Virus record (IMG/VR): IMGVR_UViG_3300043399_000509
Source of the DNA: a virus
DNA: 64,000 bases
Strand: one strand, 5' to 3'
Shown: positions 28,035 to 38,920 of the stretch, piece after piece
How positions within the stretch are numbered: position 1 is the stretch's first letter
How the letters are laid out: each line of letters opens with the position of its first letter
Translations under genes and position numbers: made by a program
Notes under the pieces: generated by a model
The model's database searches: none
Told to the model about the DNA's origin: nothing
Seen by the model: only the letters and a program-made list of their open reading frames with translations

Positions 28035-28379
28035 TTATAATCTTACGATATCTTCTTCACTACATGTATGGCCTTGTTGTAGTTCCAGGATTACCAAAGG
28101 TGTATCCTTGGATGTATTAGTGACCTTGTGTATATCTCGAACATGTATCTTATGCATATCACCAGCACAGATTTTATATCCAAGTTCATTTATCTTCAAA
28201 AGTCCTTCTCCTGAAATAACAATCCAGGCCTCGGATCGTAGATTATGATACTGAAGACTAATGCTGTTTTCTGGAAGGATGGATAACTTCTTTACTTTAT
28301 ATCCATCCCCTCTTTCCAGAACATACCATGATCCCCAGGGTCTTTTACAATAATCAACATCATCTAACTTTTTTGACAT
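28035..28379 (-). CDS. Mannose-6-phosphate isomerase type II cupin domain
   Basis: RPWG, SLQYH..RSE.W, EEDIVRL. Confidence 0.85.
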   Translation of the reverse strand: MSKKLDDVDYCKRPWGSWYVLERGDGYKVKKLSILPENSISLQYHNLRSEAWIVISGEGLLKINELGYKICAGDMHKIHVRDIHKVTNTSKDTPLVILELQQGHTCSEEDIVRL

Positions 28380-29236
28380 TAAAATTCACCACCATCATTA
28401 TGTGTTGTTTCTATTTTCTTTTTCCTTCTTGGTTCTTTGAAGGACTTGGGGGTTTTCATTTCCAAGAACTCCATTCTTTCATAGTCATCTTTACGAGATA
28501 TTGTAATATTGAAAGCAAGCAGCAACATAACTGCCAGTGGATCAAATACAAATATCACCAATAGTATCACAAATCTTACTGCTTTGTCAATGACTTCATT
28601 GGACGAATCCTCGTAGATAACCTCTGCGACATATTTGAGAGGACCTACTTCTGCTTCTAACTTTTTGACTTCAGCATCACCCTTGATCTTTTCAATACGC
28701 ATAGGCTTTAGTTCTTCAAGAAGTTTATTCTTTTGATCTACAAGCTCTTGGCGATTCTTCTTTTGTTCTTTAGAAGCAGAAAGAGCAGATGTTCCGCTTT
28801 TCTTTTCAATGATCTTATTGATTGAATCGTCAATGACCTTGATTTGCTTATCAATATCAGCAATCTCCTCTTGTTTGAACTTTATTTGCTCATCAAGAAT
28901 TGTTTGTCCGCTGGCTGCACCAGTCTCAATAGATACCTGATGTTCAATATGAGCACGAGACAGAAAACCAAAGATGCCCATTGATGTGATGCCCATAAGG
29001 ACGACTATCGCTAATAGAAAATATGACTTCACCCTCCATTTGATATATGACCAGTTATGATATAACCAGGATACTGCGACAAGTTTACCTATTTCAAGAA
29101 TTGATCCCATAATAACAACTGGCCAAAACGCACCAGCAAAGATTGCTGTAAGACCGATGATGCTGTAATAAGCAGCAACACCAGACAATGCCAACCCTGT
29201 TATTAGCACAAGGAAGGCTAAAATATTGTGTTTCAT
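28379..29236 (-). CDS. Conserved membrane coiled-coil protein
   Basis: TM helices; ITSMGIFGFLS, EVGPLKY, FVFDPLA. Confidence 0.75.
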   Translation of the reverse strand: MKHNILAFLVLITGLALSGVAAYYSIIGLTAIFAGAFWPVVIMGSILEIGKLVAVSWLYHNWSYIKWRVKSYFLLAIVVLMGITSMGIFGFLSRAHIEHQVSIETGAASGQTILDEQIKFKQEEIADIDKQIKVIDDSINKIIEKKSGTSALSASKEQKKNRQELVDQKNKLLEELKPMRIEKIKGDAEVKKLEAEVGPLKYVAEVIYEDSSNEVIDKAVRFVILLVIFVFDPLAVMLLLAFNITISRKDDYERMEFLEMKTPKSFKEPRRKKKIETTHNDGGEF

Positions 29237-29268
29237 GACACCCTTCTGTTGTATATGTTAGCTTTTAT

Positions 29269-30018
29269 TTATGTGAAAAAGTCGTCTAATGATTGTGTGT
29301 TATTTTGTTCTACTAATCGCAGCATTTTGTTTCTTTTTCTTGATTCAAAACATTTTTTTACAGTTTCTGGATTCTTCATTCCATTATTAGCAGATAATTT
29401 TGCTCTTGCTTCTGGATTATTTTCGAAATATTGTTTTACTGATTTTGATACTTTCGCTCTTGATTCTGGGTTTTTCGAAGGATGTTTATTTGGATTATCC
29501 TTATAATATTGTTTCATTGATTTCGATATATTTGCTCTTGCTTCTGGATTATCCTTATAATATTGTTTTATTGATTTTGATGTGTTTGCTCTTGCTTCTG
29601 GATTATCCTTATAATATTGTTTTACTGATTTTGATTTGTTTGCTCTTATTTCAGGTCTTTTCATAGGATTATTTTCACCAGTTATGAAGAAAGGATGAAC
29701 CATTTTTCCGGCAGTAGCATTTAGACAAGACCCTTTCCTATCTTTACCATACAATCCGTGTTTTTGCCAGCCTTCTTTTATAAGTTCAGGTTCTTCGTCT
29801 CTAAATGTCTCAAAGAACTCATCATACACACCATACTTCAATATCTCTTTTGTCTTCACATATGATTCATCTTTCCATAGGTCAGCATAGGTTGTTGGGC
29901 TTCCCATATAAGAATCTTCTTCCGGTAAACAATAGCAAGACCTAATACCAAAGTAATATAGTGGTCTTTGTCTCTTTTTCTTCAAAGTAATTTTGTAGAG
30001 ATACACATATTTTGACAT
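29269..30018 (-). CDS. Putative GIY-YIG (Seg-like) homing endonuclease with tandem repeats
   Basis: YVYLYKI...YYFG...YMGS; GENNPMK; repeated KSxKQYYKDNPEARA; directly after DNA polymerase. Confidence 0.7.
   Translation of the reverse strand: MSKYVYLYKITLKKKRQRPLYYFGIRSCYCLPEEDSYMGSPTTYADLWKDESYVKTKEILKYGVYDEFFETFRDEEPELIKEGWQKHGLYGKDRKGSCLNATAGKMVHPFFITGENNPMKRPEIRANKSKSVKQYYKDNPEARANTSKSIKQYYKDNPEARANISKSMKQYYKDNPNKHPSKNPESRAKVSKSVKQYFENNPEARAKLSANNGMKNPETVKKCFESRKRNKMLRLVEQNNTQSLDDFFT
29398..29650. repeat. 54-bp coding tandem repeats
   Basis: tttgctcttgcttctggattatccttataatattgtttta recurs. Confidence 0.8.
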
Positions 30019-32567
30019 TACGAAAAGAAATCCTCCAGACTTGCTACTTTCTCAGTCTTCCAACCAATGCAATCAAGAATGATTTTTAGTGGTTCAAGAA
30101 AACTCTTTTCAAACTGTGTATTATAGTCGATATACTTCTTTATGTCAAGGTCTTCTGGTATTGCCTGCGGAAATGATATCACATTGCTTCTAATCGTGTT
30201 TGGCTCTTTTAGATAGATGAACTTGATCTTATCGGCATCCTTGATTAATGGATATTTCTTGGTTAGTTTCTTGGATTTGATGAGGTTATTATAAACAATA
30301 GACCCCCGAACATGAATAGGTGTACCCTTGGCATATGATCCAGTTTTATTGTCAGTATATGTATCAATACCGTTCACACCACGAGGAAACGCAATCTGGT
30401 CTTCTGGTAGATTAGTAAACTCTTTCCTAAAGGACTCAATGAACTCAATCATTTCATCTTCTGTCTTGGATAGCATAAAATCAACAGAAGCAAGCAACTT
30501 TTCACGACAGGCTGAAGGTGTGGAACTTTTGATCATTTCAAGTCCCATAATCTTTACCTTGGGCTTTGTATATTCCACACCTTCGTTGTTGTATACATTT
30601 AGAATGTATCGTTTCTTTGCCGTCCAAATTCCTTTGTCCGCCAAGGCTTCTCGCTTCATAATCATCTTCTGTGCTAACGCATTAGTATATTCAGCAAGCT
30701 CATTATAAGACTTGTCAATATACGGCTGAATCTTATTTTCACAGACCTTATCCAAGAATGCGATAGTTTGTTTTGTTCCAGAAGACGGATTTGATGTAAG
30801 TACAGTTTTGCACACCAAGTCATCAAGAGATAGGTAAATTGAGTCAGTATCTGAGGCAATTACATAGTCCTTGTTAGATGATCCTAACACTCTATTTAGA
30901 TAATCATTTAGTTTCTTTTCAATCCACCGAATAGCCAACTGACCAGATGTGGTAATGGCTGATGCCTGACGAACATCAAAGAACCTGAAATATTGATTTC
31001 CCAAAGCACCATAGGCTGAGTTTAGACAAACTTTCTTAGCCAACTGGAGATTGTTGAAACGAGCGATTCTCTTTTCAATCTCGATTCTCTTTTCTTTATC
31101 AGTTTCTTTTTCAAGTTCCTTCTTTGCTTCAATCGCTTTTTCTTTATACTTCGATCTGTCATTATACATAGTCTCCATAATATGGGCAAGAAATCCCTGA
31201 CCATCCACCTTGAACAACTGTCCATTTGGTGTGAGAGTAACACCAAGTTCTTTCAGGGCTCTTGTATCAACTTCTTTGTTGAGCATAGAATCAATGCTAA
31301 TATTCTGCGAAATGATTTTACGCATTTCATTTGTGTAGTTTTCAGGCTCAATAAACTTGTCTGGACTAATATTGAACTGCATAATCAAATGTGGATAAAG
31401 CGAGTTCAAGTCAAAGCTTGCCACCCAATTATGTAATCCAACCATAGGGTCTTTGACATATGCACCAACATATGCTTCATCCTTATCGTGTGATGTGATA
31501 GGAGGTAGAACCTTATGGTCTTTTCTTAGTTCATTGAAAATGATATTATCCCACATACGAACCTGGGCGAACACATCATCATAGTTTGATTTGCTGTCAT
31601 ATGCCAGAGTAAGAGCAAGGTCGATAAGCTTTAGTTTGTCGTCCAGCTTATCAACAAGCTCAACGTCACGAATATTATACTCAATAAACTTTTGAAAATC
31701 TTCTTTGTATAGATTGTGCAGGTTACCGTATTCAGCATAGGATAACTTACGCTCACCAAGTTCTTCGTGGCAGATATGGTCTAACTTATATGACTCTTGT
31801 GGTTTGAGAACAAATTTCTTATAGAGTTCAATATAATCCAGTGTACCAATACCCAGGAGAGAGTACGCAATCTGTTCCTTGCCCATAATATATGTGGTAC
31901 GGTTTGTAACCTTATGCCAGGGAGAAAGTCTGTTCGCCTGTGTTTCACCAAGTATCTTTGTGATACGATTGATAAGATATGGAATATCGAAGAACTTGAT
32001 GTTCCATCCAGTTACAATATCTGGATAGTTCAAAGTCCAACGATCTAGGAATCTTTTGATGAGATCAATCTCGTCACTACATCTAACATATGTAACATCA
32101 GCACGATTATTAACAAACTCACCGCAGCCATATACAAAAATACCATCATGCATCCGGCAAGTAATAGCAGTAATAGATTCATTAGCCAATCCCGGATCAG
32201 GGAAGCCGTTTTCACTACCCACTTCGATATCGATGTTAGCAACATGTATTAAATTCTTATCCCAGTCTACATACGCATCTGCGTATAAATCAGAAATATA
32301 CGCATACTCGTATTTTTGGTTTCCATAGACTTTGAAGTTGTCTACGTCCTTGTATTTATTGATAAAATCACGACAATCCCTGATTGTCCCAGGCTTGATG
32401 CTGGACATATACTCACCAGAGATTGTCGTGTACTTTGTTGGTGTGTTAGTTCGTAGAAAAAAAGTTGGATGATAGTCCAACTTCTTCATTACTTTTCTAC
32501 CGTTCTCAACCCCTCTATACAATATTTTAGAACCGTAGACTTGTACGTTAGTATAGAAGGATTGCAT
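30018..32567 (-). CDS. 43: Family B DNA polymerase (T4 gp43-like)
   Basis: DIEV exonuclease, SFDLNSLYP, KVCLNSAYG, DTDS, KKRY. Confidence 0.97.
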   Translation of the reverse strand: MQSFYTNVQVYGSKILYRGVENGRKVMKKLDYHPTFFLRTNTPTKYTTISGEYMSSIKPGTIRDCRDFINKYKDVDNFKVYGNQKYEYAYISDLYADAYVDWDKNLIHVANIDIEVGSENGFPDPGLANESITAITCRMHDGIFVYGCGEFVNNRADVTYVRCSDEIDLIKRFLDRWTLNYPDIVTGWNIKFFDIPYLINRITKILGETQANRLSPWHKVTNRTTYIMGKEQIAYSLLGIGTLDYIELYKKFVLKPQESYKLDHICHEELGERKLSYAEYGNLHNLYKEDFQKFIEYNIRDVELVDKLDDKLKLIDLALTLAYDSKSNYDDVFAQVRMWDNIIFNELRKDHKVLPPITSHDKDEAYVGAYVKDPMVGLHNWVASFDLNSLYPHLIMQFNISPDKFIEPENYTNEMRKIISQNISIDSMLNKEVDTRALKELGVTLTPNGQLFKVDGQGFLAHIMETMYNDRSKYKEKAIEAKKELEKETDKEKRIEIEKRIARFNNLQLAKKVCLNSAYGALGNQYFRFFDVRQASAITTSGQLAIRWIEKKLNDYLNRVLGSSNKDYVIASDTDSIYLSLDDLVCKTVLTSNPSSGTKQTIAFLDKVCENKIQPYIDKSYNELAEYTNALAQKMIMKREALADKGIWTAKKRYILNVYNNEGVEYTKPKVKIMGLEMIKSSTPSACREKLLASVDFMLSKTEDEMIEFIESFRKEFTNLPEDQIAFPRGVNGIDTYTDNKTGSYAKGTPIHVRGSIVYNNLIKSKKLTKKYPLIKDADKIKFIYLKEPNTIRSNVISFPQAIPEDLDIKKYIDYNTQFEKSFLEPLKIILDCIGWKTEKVASLEDFFS

Positions 32568-32587
32568 TTTTCACCTTTTTGTAAAGA

Positions 32588-32899
32588 TTAGTCTGGCATC
32601 ATAATCTTGGATGATGGCATTACAATACCACCAAAAATTGAGTTATACTGGTTGATAAACTCTTGAATAGGCTTCATTATAAGCAAAATATGATCTTTAT
32701 CAAGGGTAAACTCTTTCTCATCAGAGAACTCAGCCCAAGGAGCAAGACCTACTGTTGGAGTCTTTGGATCAGCCTTACTAGGAACAATGGCAATCCTAAC
32801 CGGATTCTTAATCTTTAAGAAATTGCCACCATCCATAGTAACTTCAGTCAAAATTTCTTCAGTGTTTATTAACTTCAATAATCTAATGTCTAGTGCCAT
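32588..32899 (-). CDS. Conserved Sm-like T4-type protein
   Basis: IRLLKLINTEEI...GLAPW...YNSIFGGI; upstream of gene 43. Confidence 0.65.
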   Translation of the reverse strand: MALDIRLLKLINTEEILTEVTMDGGNFLKIKNPVRIAIVPSKADPKTPTVGLAPWAEFSDEKEFTLDKDHILLIMKPIQEFINQYNSIFGGIVMPSSKIMMPD

Positions 32900-32902
32900 A
32901 TA

Positions 32903-33109
32903 TTATACCTCTTCCATAACAAAGTCATATACACCAATAGTCATCCACTTTTCAGGAATCAGAGTCACCTTTGATCCTGATTCATTCTGGTAGGTGTATG
33001 CATTTTCTCTATCCATAATCTTCACAATCTTCTCCCAGCGGCCATCAAATGCACGCTGGACCAATTGTGTTTCAAGGATTTCACTTACAAGCATCCAATT
33101 TTCCTCCAA
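32903..33109 (-). CDS. Hypothetical protein
   Basis: ORF. Confidence 0.45.
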   Translation of the reverse strand: MEENWMLVSEILETQLVQRAFDGRWEKIVKIMDRENAYTYQNESGSKVTLIPEKWMTIGVYDFVMEEV

Positions 33110-33287
33110 TAAAGGCTTTCACTTCTTCATATTCATTACTAACATCCTGAACAGAACCATTGTTAAACCTTATGGTAAGGCTACCAGGATTGTTTACTGA
33201 TTGTGATATGCTAGTAATATGGTACTTATTGATTAGTATATACGATCCATCCACCCTTGTCAACTCAACAAAGTTGCTCATGTTCAC
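33081..33287 (-). CDS. Small hypothetical protein (FlbD-like spacing)
   Basis: FVELTRVDGSYILIN...V...EEV. Confidence 0.45.
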   Translation of the reverse strand: MNMSNFVELTRVDGSYILINKYHITSISQSVNNPGSLTIRFNNGSVQDVSNEYEEVKAFIGGKLDACK

Positions 33288-33454
33288 TTCTTTTTCCTTG
33301 GTGCTGCTGGTTTCTTTGTGGTTGATTGCTTCTTAACAAACTCAGGAACAATTGTCTGTTCTTCAGTTGGCTTGACTTCAATATTCTCAACGGCTTCCTT
33401 TGCCTTTATCAGCCCTACTCCAATATAGTCCTTTACCTTATCCCAAAACGACAT
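33284..33454 (-). CDS. Small hypothetical protein (56 aa)
   Basis: Manual translation MSFWDKVKDYIG...; GGAG RBS. Confidence 0.45.
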   Translation of the reverse strand: MSFWDKVKDYIGVGLIKAKEAVENIEVKPTEEQTIVPEFVKKQSTTKKPAAPRKKK

Positions 33455-34322
33455 TTACTTTCTCCTTTATCTCTTTATATAATTGTTGCTCACCCGAATA
33501 TGTGATAAACTTATAATCACACTTTGTAGGTATATTGTATATATGGCAATCCTGTGGATTAGCACCAAAACAAATCATTTTTTTATTTGGGTCATTCACA
33601 TTATCATCAATTAGACTAAACACAAAAGGTCCTGAACTTTTTCCAATAATCACATCACAAAATTTAGAAAGATATGCAATCTCATTTAGATCAAAATCTT
33701 TCCTTTGATTTATATTATCTGTGAAGAATACATTTTGATTGTTAGAAATAAACTTATGTGTTGCAATAAAAATAACATTTGGATTTTCATCAGCCATATG
33801 ATTTATCATATCGGCCATGTTACCATTATACTGACATTGACCAGAAAGGCCAGGACCATTACTCAGTAGAACCTTCTTTTTATCTTTATGAGTTTCTAAG
33901 AATGTGTCTTGTAATGAATGATCTAATTTATCAAAGTTGATTGTTAGTTTGTATTCATCAATATCCTTGATTTTTAGATTTGTTCCAAGATCATTATTCA
34001 AAGACTTATAGATTAGATCATACATCTTGTGCATAAAAAGAAGATTACATGCAGCTTCCTTTTCAAAGAAACTGAAATATGATCCTACCCAAGTATTGAT
34101 AAAAACTGCTGTATTGGTTGCGGCCAACTTACCATTTTGACCTAGAGGGAAGTTATTCCCAAATGATAATGGCTCACAATCAATATCAAAAAGCACCTTT
34201 GGGCTATTGAAATGTGCATAGAAATACTTACCCTCTAGTTGGGACATAATGTCTTTTATAAAGGGTTTACTGAGAAACACATCACCATTATGATAATGAT
34301 TGAAGAATATAATATCCTTCAC
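33438..34322 (-). CDS. Glycosyltransferase-like protein (GT-B/GT9-like)
   Basis: HNGDV near the N-terminus; CDVIIGKSSGP. Confidence 0.6.
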   Translation of the reverse strand: MKDIIFFNHYHNGDVFLSKPFIKDIMSQLEGKYFYAHFNSPKVLFDIDCEPLSFGNNFPLGQNGKLAATNTAVFINTWVGSYFSFFEKEAACNLLFMHKMYDLIYKSLNNDLGTNLKIKDIDEYKLTINFDKLDHSLQDTFLETHKDKKKVLLSNGPGLSGQCQYNGNMADMINHMADENPNVIFIATHKFISNNQNVFFTDNINQRKDFDLNEIAYLSKFCDVIIGKSSGPFVFSLIDDNVNDPNKKMICFGANPQDCHIYNIPTKCDYKFITYSGEQQLYKEIKEKVNVVLG

Positions 34323-34666
34323 TGCTGAACACCCCTATAAATCTTTACTGAGTCTTCACGCAACGATCTACCCTTTGCAATAGAGTCATCAACAAGTAGA
34401 TTGATTGCCTGTACAAGATTTGGCCGCTTCACCTTGAAGCAAATATCCAGCTTTCGCTTGATGTCTGCAACCTCACTGTCTGACTTGGCTTCCTGAATGA
34501 TATCTTCTAACATCCAGGTTCGAATGTGGAGAATGACAAGCTTTTCAATAATCTCTCCCAAGTTATCCGTCTTCACATATTCAATCTCATTTGGGAGGTC
34601 TTGTTGAGATAAAATCTCATTTACCTTGTCTTTGATCAAGAAGTCAATCATTTCAGCAAAATCCAT
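34319..34666 (-). CDS. Hypothetical protein of sugar loci
   Basis: LGEIIEKLVILHIRTWMLED. Confidence 0.55.
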   Translation of the reverse strand: MDFAEMIDFLIKDKVNEILSQQDLPNEIEYVKTDNLGEIIEKLVILHIRTWMLEDIIQEAKSDSEVADIKRKLDICFKVKRPNLVQAINLLVDDSIAKGRSLREDSVKIYRGVQQ

Positions 34667-34667
34667 T

Positions 34668-35831
34668 TTATAGTTCTCCTATAATCTTATCTAATAGTTT
34701 TATATCGCTTTCTGTCACAAACTGATTATTCCCCACATATATGCCATTGCTATGAATGATATCAGCATTTGGAAACTGTGTTAGGTCAGTTACAAAATCT
34801 TTCAAGTATGGTTGCTTCAATAGATTTCCTGCAACGATAGGTCTATATTCAATATTATTCTCATTTAGCTTATTTGTCAATATCTTTTTTGTGTCCTGGT
34901 TGCGACAAATAATAGGGAAACAGAAACTACTGTTGTTTGGGTGGTAATAGACTGGATATATTTTATCTGTATGTTTTGTCATGGCCAGATAAAATTCCAT
35001 GTATCTTTTTCTTCTATTGTTGATAAATCCATCCAGTTTTTGAATTTGAGATAAACCAAGAACAGCAGCAATTTCTGTATTTCTAAAGTTATATCCATCT
35101 GTTACGAACAAGAAAGATGGTTCAATACCAGGGTTTTCTTTTTGAATGTCCTCAAAGTTATTAGAAAATCTGGACAAACCGTGTGATCTTTTCATCAACA
35201 TCAAATCATACAACTTATCATTGTCGGTACAAACCATACCGCCTTCAATAGTTGACATGTGATGTCCAAAGTAGAAACTAAAGGTAGCACCTTGTGAGTT
35301 TGCTCCTACTCTATAACCATCCAAAGTTCTGGCACCATGAGATTCACATACATCATCCAAGAAGATAGCCTTTGGGAATATCTTCTTATATAGGCTTATA
35401 TTAGCAGGAATGCCTAAAAGATGTGTGGTAAATACTATCTTGATATCAGGATGTTCTTCTGCAATCCTCTCCATATGATCAGCATCAAAACTAAAATGTT
35501 TGAGACTTACATCACAGAATATTGGTGTGAATCCCAACTGAAATACAGGATTGATATTTGTAACCCAAGTACAGGCCGGAACAAGAACCTTATCACCATC
35601 CTTTAGTGAATAAAGTTCCTTGATAGCAGCCAATAAAAGAAAGTTGGCAGAGCTTCCAGAAGTCACAAAGACGGCATGTTTACACCCAAGCCAATAAGAC
35701 CAAGCTTTCTCAAACTCCTCAACCTTTGGTCCTTGAGTAAACTTATTAGATTTCAAAACAAACTTGGCCAAGTTCCATCTGTCACAGAAGGTTAGTGTAT
35801 CCTTCATCAAAGGCCATTTATACTCTTTCAT
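34668..35831 (-). CDS. DegT/DnrJ-fold PLP enzyme, ColD-like GDP-4-keto-6-deoxymannose 3-dehydratase
   Basis: SGSSAN, DVCESHG, SFYFGHHMSTIEGG (His at the Schiff-base Lys position). Confidence 0.75.
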   Translation of the reverse strand: MKEYKWPLMKDTLTFCDRWNLAKFVLKSNKFTQGPKVEEFEKAWSYWLGCKHAVFVTSGSSANFLLLAAIKELYSLKDGDKVLVPACTWVTNINPVFQLGFTPIFCDVSLKHFSFDADHMERIAEEHPDIKIVFTTHLLGIPANISLYKKIFPKAIFLDDVCESHGARTLDGYRVGANSQGATFSFYFGHHMSTIEGGMVCTDNDKLYDLMLMKRSHGLSRFSNNFEDIQKENPGIEPSFLFVTDGYNFRNTEIAAVLGLSQIQKLDGFINNRRKRYMEFYLAMTKHTDKIYPVYYHPNNSSFCFPIICRNQDTKKILTNKLNENNIEYRPIVAGNLLKQPYLKDFVTDLTQFPNADIIHSNGIYVGNNQFVTESDIKLLDKIIGEL

Positions 35832-36762
35832 ATGTATTCCTATTCTCTAAAAACCAATCAATTGTTGTCTTCAGGCCATCTTCAAGTGATGTCTTGGCTT
35901 TCCAACCCATAGCATCAAGCTTTGATGTGTCCAGTGCTCTGCGTGGAGTTCCATTAGGCTTTGATGTGTCCCAGACAATATTTCCTGTATAACCAACCAA
36001 ACCAGCAATCATTTCAGCGAGTTCTTTGATTGAGATTTCTCTATTTGGACCAATGTTGATGATTTCTGGATCATCATATTTTTCCATGAGGAAGATGCTG
36101 GCATCAGCCATATCATCAGCATATAGAAACTCTCTGGTTGGTGTGCCGTCACCGAAGCAAATGACCTCAGGATCGTTATTCTCTTTTGCAGCAATGAAAC
36201 GATTGATAAAGCTTGGAATGACATGGCATTGATTGACCCGGAAGTTATCATTGATACCATAAAGATTGTTGGGCATCACAGATACAGTCTTTAGCCCATA
36301 CTGTTCTGTGTACTTCTTACACATAATGTAACCAGCAATCTTGGCAATGGAATAACTGATATTAGTTTCTTCCAACGGACCAGTCATCAAATATTCTTCC
36401 TTGATAGGAACAGGAGCAAGCTTGGGATAGATACAGGCTGAACCTAAGAACAAAAGTTTTCTTGCACCTTTGATTAGTGATGCATCAATAATATTAGTCT
36501 GTATTAGTAGATTTTCACGAATGAAATCTGCTGGATTAGATTTGTTATAACCGATACCACCAACCTTGGCAGCGGCCAAGAAGACATACTTGGGTTTATG
36601 ATAGTCAAAGAAGTCATACACACGATCCTGATCTGTCAAATCAAGATACTTATGATCCATCGTGATAATGTTATCATAACCCTTTTGTTTTAGCTGCCTG
36701 ACAAGTGCGGACCCAACCAAGCCTCTATGTCCTGCCACATATATTTTATCATTACTTTTCAT
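35818..36762 (-). CDS. fcl: GDP-fucose synthase / ColC-like reductase
   Basis: AGHRGLVGSA, AAAKVGGI, YSIAK, PTREFL. Confidence 0.92.
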   Translation of the reverse strand: MKSNDKIYVAGHRGLVGSALVRQLKQKGYDNIITMDHKYLDLTDQDRVYDFFDYHKPKYVFLAAAKVGGIGYNKSNPADFIRENLLIQTNIIDASLIKGARKLLFLGSACIYPKLAPVPIKEEYLMTGPLEETNISYSIAKIAGYIMCKKYTEQYGLKTVSVMPNNLYGINDNFRVNQCHVIPSFINRFIAAKENNDPEVICFGDGTPTREFLYADDMADASIFLMEKYDDPEIINIGPNREISIKELAEMIAGLVGYTGNIVWDTSKPNGTPRRALDTSKLDAMGWKAKTSLEDGLKTTIDWFLENRNTYERV

Positions 36763-36895
36763 CAAGGGCCTCATTCAAAAACTTTTGTATTTCCTGTAAC
36801 TGCTTTCTATAATAATCTTGAACATAACCATCATTATATCCACTTTTCATTTCTGTGATCATTTTTCTAATCTCATATTCAACACTATTGTCCAT
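36752..36895 (-). CDS. Small hypothetical protein
   Basis: MDNSVEYEI...SGYNDGYVQ between gmd and fcl. Confidence 0.45.
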   Translation of the reverse strand: MDNSVEYEIRKMITEMKSGYNDGYVQDYYRKQLQEIQKFLNEALDEK

Positions 36896-37889
36896 GAATA
36901 ACCATATCCTCCACAAGTTGCTTGAATGTATGCTTTGGTTTCCAACCAAGAACTTTGTGGGCTTTGGACGCATCACCAAGAAGACTTTCAACTTCAGCAG
37001 GTCTAAAATACTTGGGGTCAACACGAACTATTTCTTTACCTGTTCGCTTATCAATACCAACCTCATTCAAACCTTCGCCCTTCCATTCAATAAACATACC
37101 AAAGTATGGAGATGCTTCTTCCACAAACTGACGAACAGAATATTGTTCTCCGGTTGCGATGACATAATCATCTGGCTTATTTTGCTGGAGCATCAACCAC
37201 ATTGCTTCCACGAAGTCCTTGGCATGACCCCAATCTCGTTTGGCATTTAGATTACCAAGATAGAGACAATCCTGTCTGCCACTTGAAATTTGTGACAGAC
37301 CACGAATGATCTTGCGTGTCACAAAGGTTTCACCACGACGAGGGCTTTCATGATTGAATAGAATGCCGGATGAGGCGTGCATATTATATGCTTCACGGTA
37401 GTTCTTTACAATCCAGAAGCCATAAATCTTGGCAACACCATATGGTGATCGTGGATAGAAAGGTGTTGTTTCTTTCTGGGGTGTTTCCTGAACCAAACCA
37501 TAAAGTTCTGATGTGGATGCCTGATAGAAGCGAGTATATTTTTCAAGCCCAAGAAGCCGGATTGCTTCAAGCATTCGTAACGTTCCAACAGCATCAACCT
37601 GTGCTGTATACTCAGGCATTTCAAACGATACCTTGACGTGAGATTGTGCACCAAGGTTATATACTTCATCGGGACGAGTCTCACGCATAATACGAATAAG
37701 ATTAGATGAGTCTGTCAAATCACCATAATGAAGCTTCAGTCTTGGGTAAATATGATCGATACGATCTGTGTTGATAAGTGATGCTCGCCGCACAATACCA
37801 TGAACTTCATATCCTTTGGAGAGGAGCAGTTCAGCCAAATAAGAGCCATCCTGTCCAGTGATACCTGTAATCAATGCTACTTTATTCAT
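36885..37889 (-). CDS. gmd: GDP-mannose 4,6-dehydratase
   Basis: [34 protein letters not shown]. Confidence 0.97.
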   Translation of the reverse strand: MNKVALITGITGQDGSYLAELLLSKGYEVHGIVRRASLINTDRIDHIYPRLKLHYGDLTDSSNLIRIMRETRPDEVYNLGAQSHVKVSFEMPEYTAQVDAVGTLRMLEAIRLLGLEKYTRFYQASTSELYGLVQETPQKETTPFYPRSPYGVAKIYGFWIVKNYREAYNMHASSGILFNHESPRRGETFVTRKIIRGLSQISSGRQDCLYLGNLNAKRDWGHAKDFVEAMWLMLQQNKPDDYVIATGEQYSVRQFVEEASPYFGMFIEWKGEGLNEVGIDKRTGKEIVRVDPKYFRPAEVESLLGDASKAHKVLGWKPKHTFKQLVEDMVIHGQ

Positions 37890-37891
37890 AA

Positions 37892-38920
37892 TCAATCCTT
37901 CAATAACAAGTTCAGTTTATCTGAGTTTCTTTCAATGTTTATGGCTTCACATGTTGGGAATGGATTTGATGATGCAAAATCATTGATAATGATGCGTCGG
38001 GCATGGTTCACATCCATTACCAAATCACAATCTCCAAAACCAAGGTCTTTCAGCATCTTATATGTCACATTTCTATATTGTGAAGGTCGGGCTGTCATAA
38101 ACACAATCTTACATCCCCTACTCATATACTTATGAAGCGTCTCAACATTCTTTTGAATGGGGGTATATTGTTGTCTGTAATAGGAGTTCTTACCATGTGA
38201 ACTTTGATTGTAGCACACAACACCATCCAGATCACATACTATAGTAGGTCTGTCATTGAAAGTCAACCATTCCTTTAATGTTCCAACATTTACATAGTTT
38301 GTAACAGTAGATGTTGTGAAAATATGTCCCTGAGAAATCATGTATCCAATGATATTTGATATAAAGAGTTCTTTACCAAAATCTTTTAGATTTTCATAGG
38401 CTTTCTTATATTCATCAACAGATGCAAACTGATATCCACCAACACAGAAGGTATCAGACACAACTTGCTTTTCTACAATATTAGTGATTGTACCCTGATC
38501 ATTTTGAATGATATAACTCAAGGCAGCAACACCAGCAAGATTCATATTGTCTGTCAATGTAGATGTATAAACAACATTACCCTCAACTGTCTGCATATCA
38601 AAGAAACTATCACAGTCTCTTACCATGAATGGTCCTGTAATATCGGTTCGTAGTAAGGCTTGATAAACAGTTTCAGCAGGTCCGCTGGTGGGTGTTTCAA
38701 GAATGATGATGTCCACAATATCTCCCAAACAATCCAGAATGATCTGTTCGGCATCATACATCTTTACATGTTCTCTCAAAAGAACAATGTGAATCTTACC
38801 CGGAGTTTTCATCAAAGCCCGTTCAACCATAAGCTTCTTTGAATAATCTGTTAGAAGATACTTTGGTCTCATGCCAGGAAATCTACTTGAAAGCCCAGCA
38901 CACGGAACAATCACATCCAT
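37892..38920 (-). CDS. Sugar nucleotidyltransferase fused to a HAD-like domain
   Basis: [12 protein letters not shown]; C-terminal CDLDGV, TAR, IIND. Confidence 0.8.
   Translation of the reverse strand: MDVIVPCAGLSSRFPGMRPKYLLTDYSKKLMVERALMKTPGKIHIVLLREHVKMYDAEQIILDCLGDIVDIIILETPTSGPAETVYQALLRTDITGPFMVRDCDSFFDMQTVEGNVVYTSTLTDNMNLAGVAALSYIIQNDQGTITNIVEKQVVSDTFCVGGYQFASVDEYKKAYENLKDFGKELFISNIIGYMISQGHIFTTSTVTNYVNVGTLKEWLTFNDRPTIVCDLDGVVCYNQSSHGKNSYYRQQYTPIQKNVETLHKYMSRGCKIVFMTARPSQYRNVTYKMLKDLGFGDCDLVMDVNHARRIIINDFASSNPFPTCEAINIERNSDKLNLLLKD

Noticed and set aside
30018-32567. Intron or intein in DNA polymerase, helicase or primase
   Set aside because: These ORFs are continuous, of normal length and lack splicing motifs.
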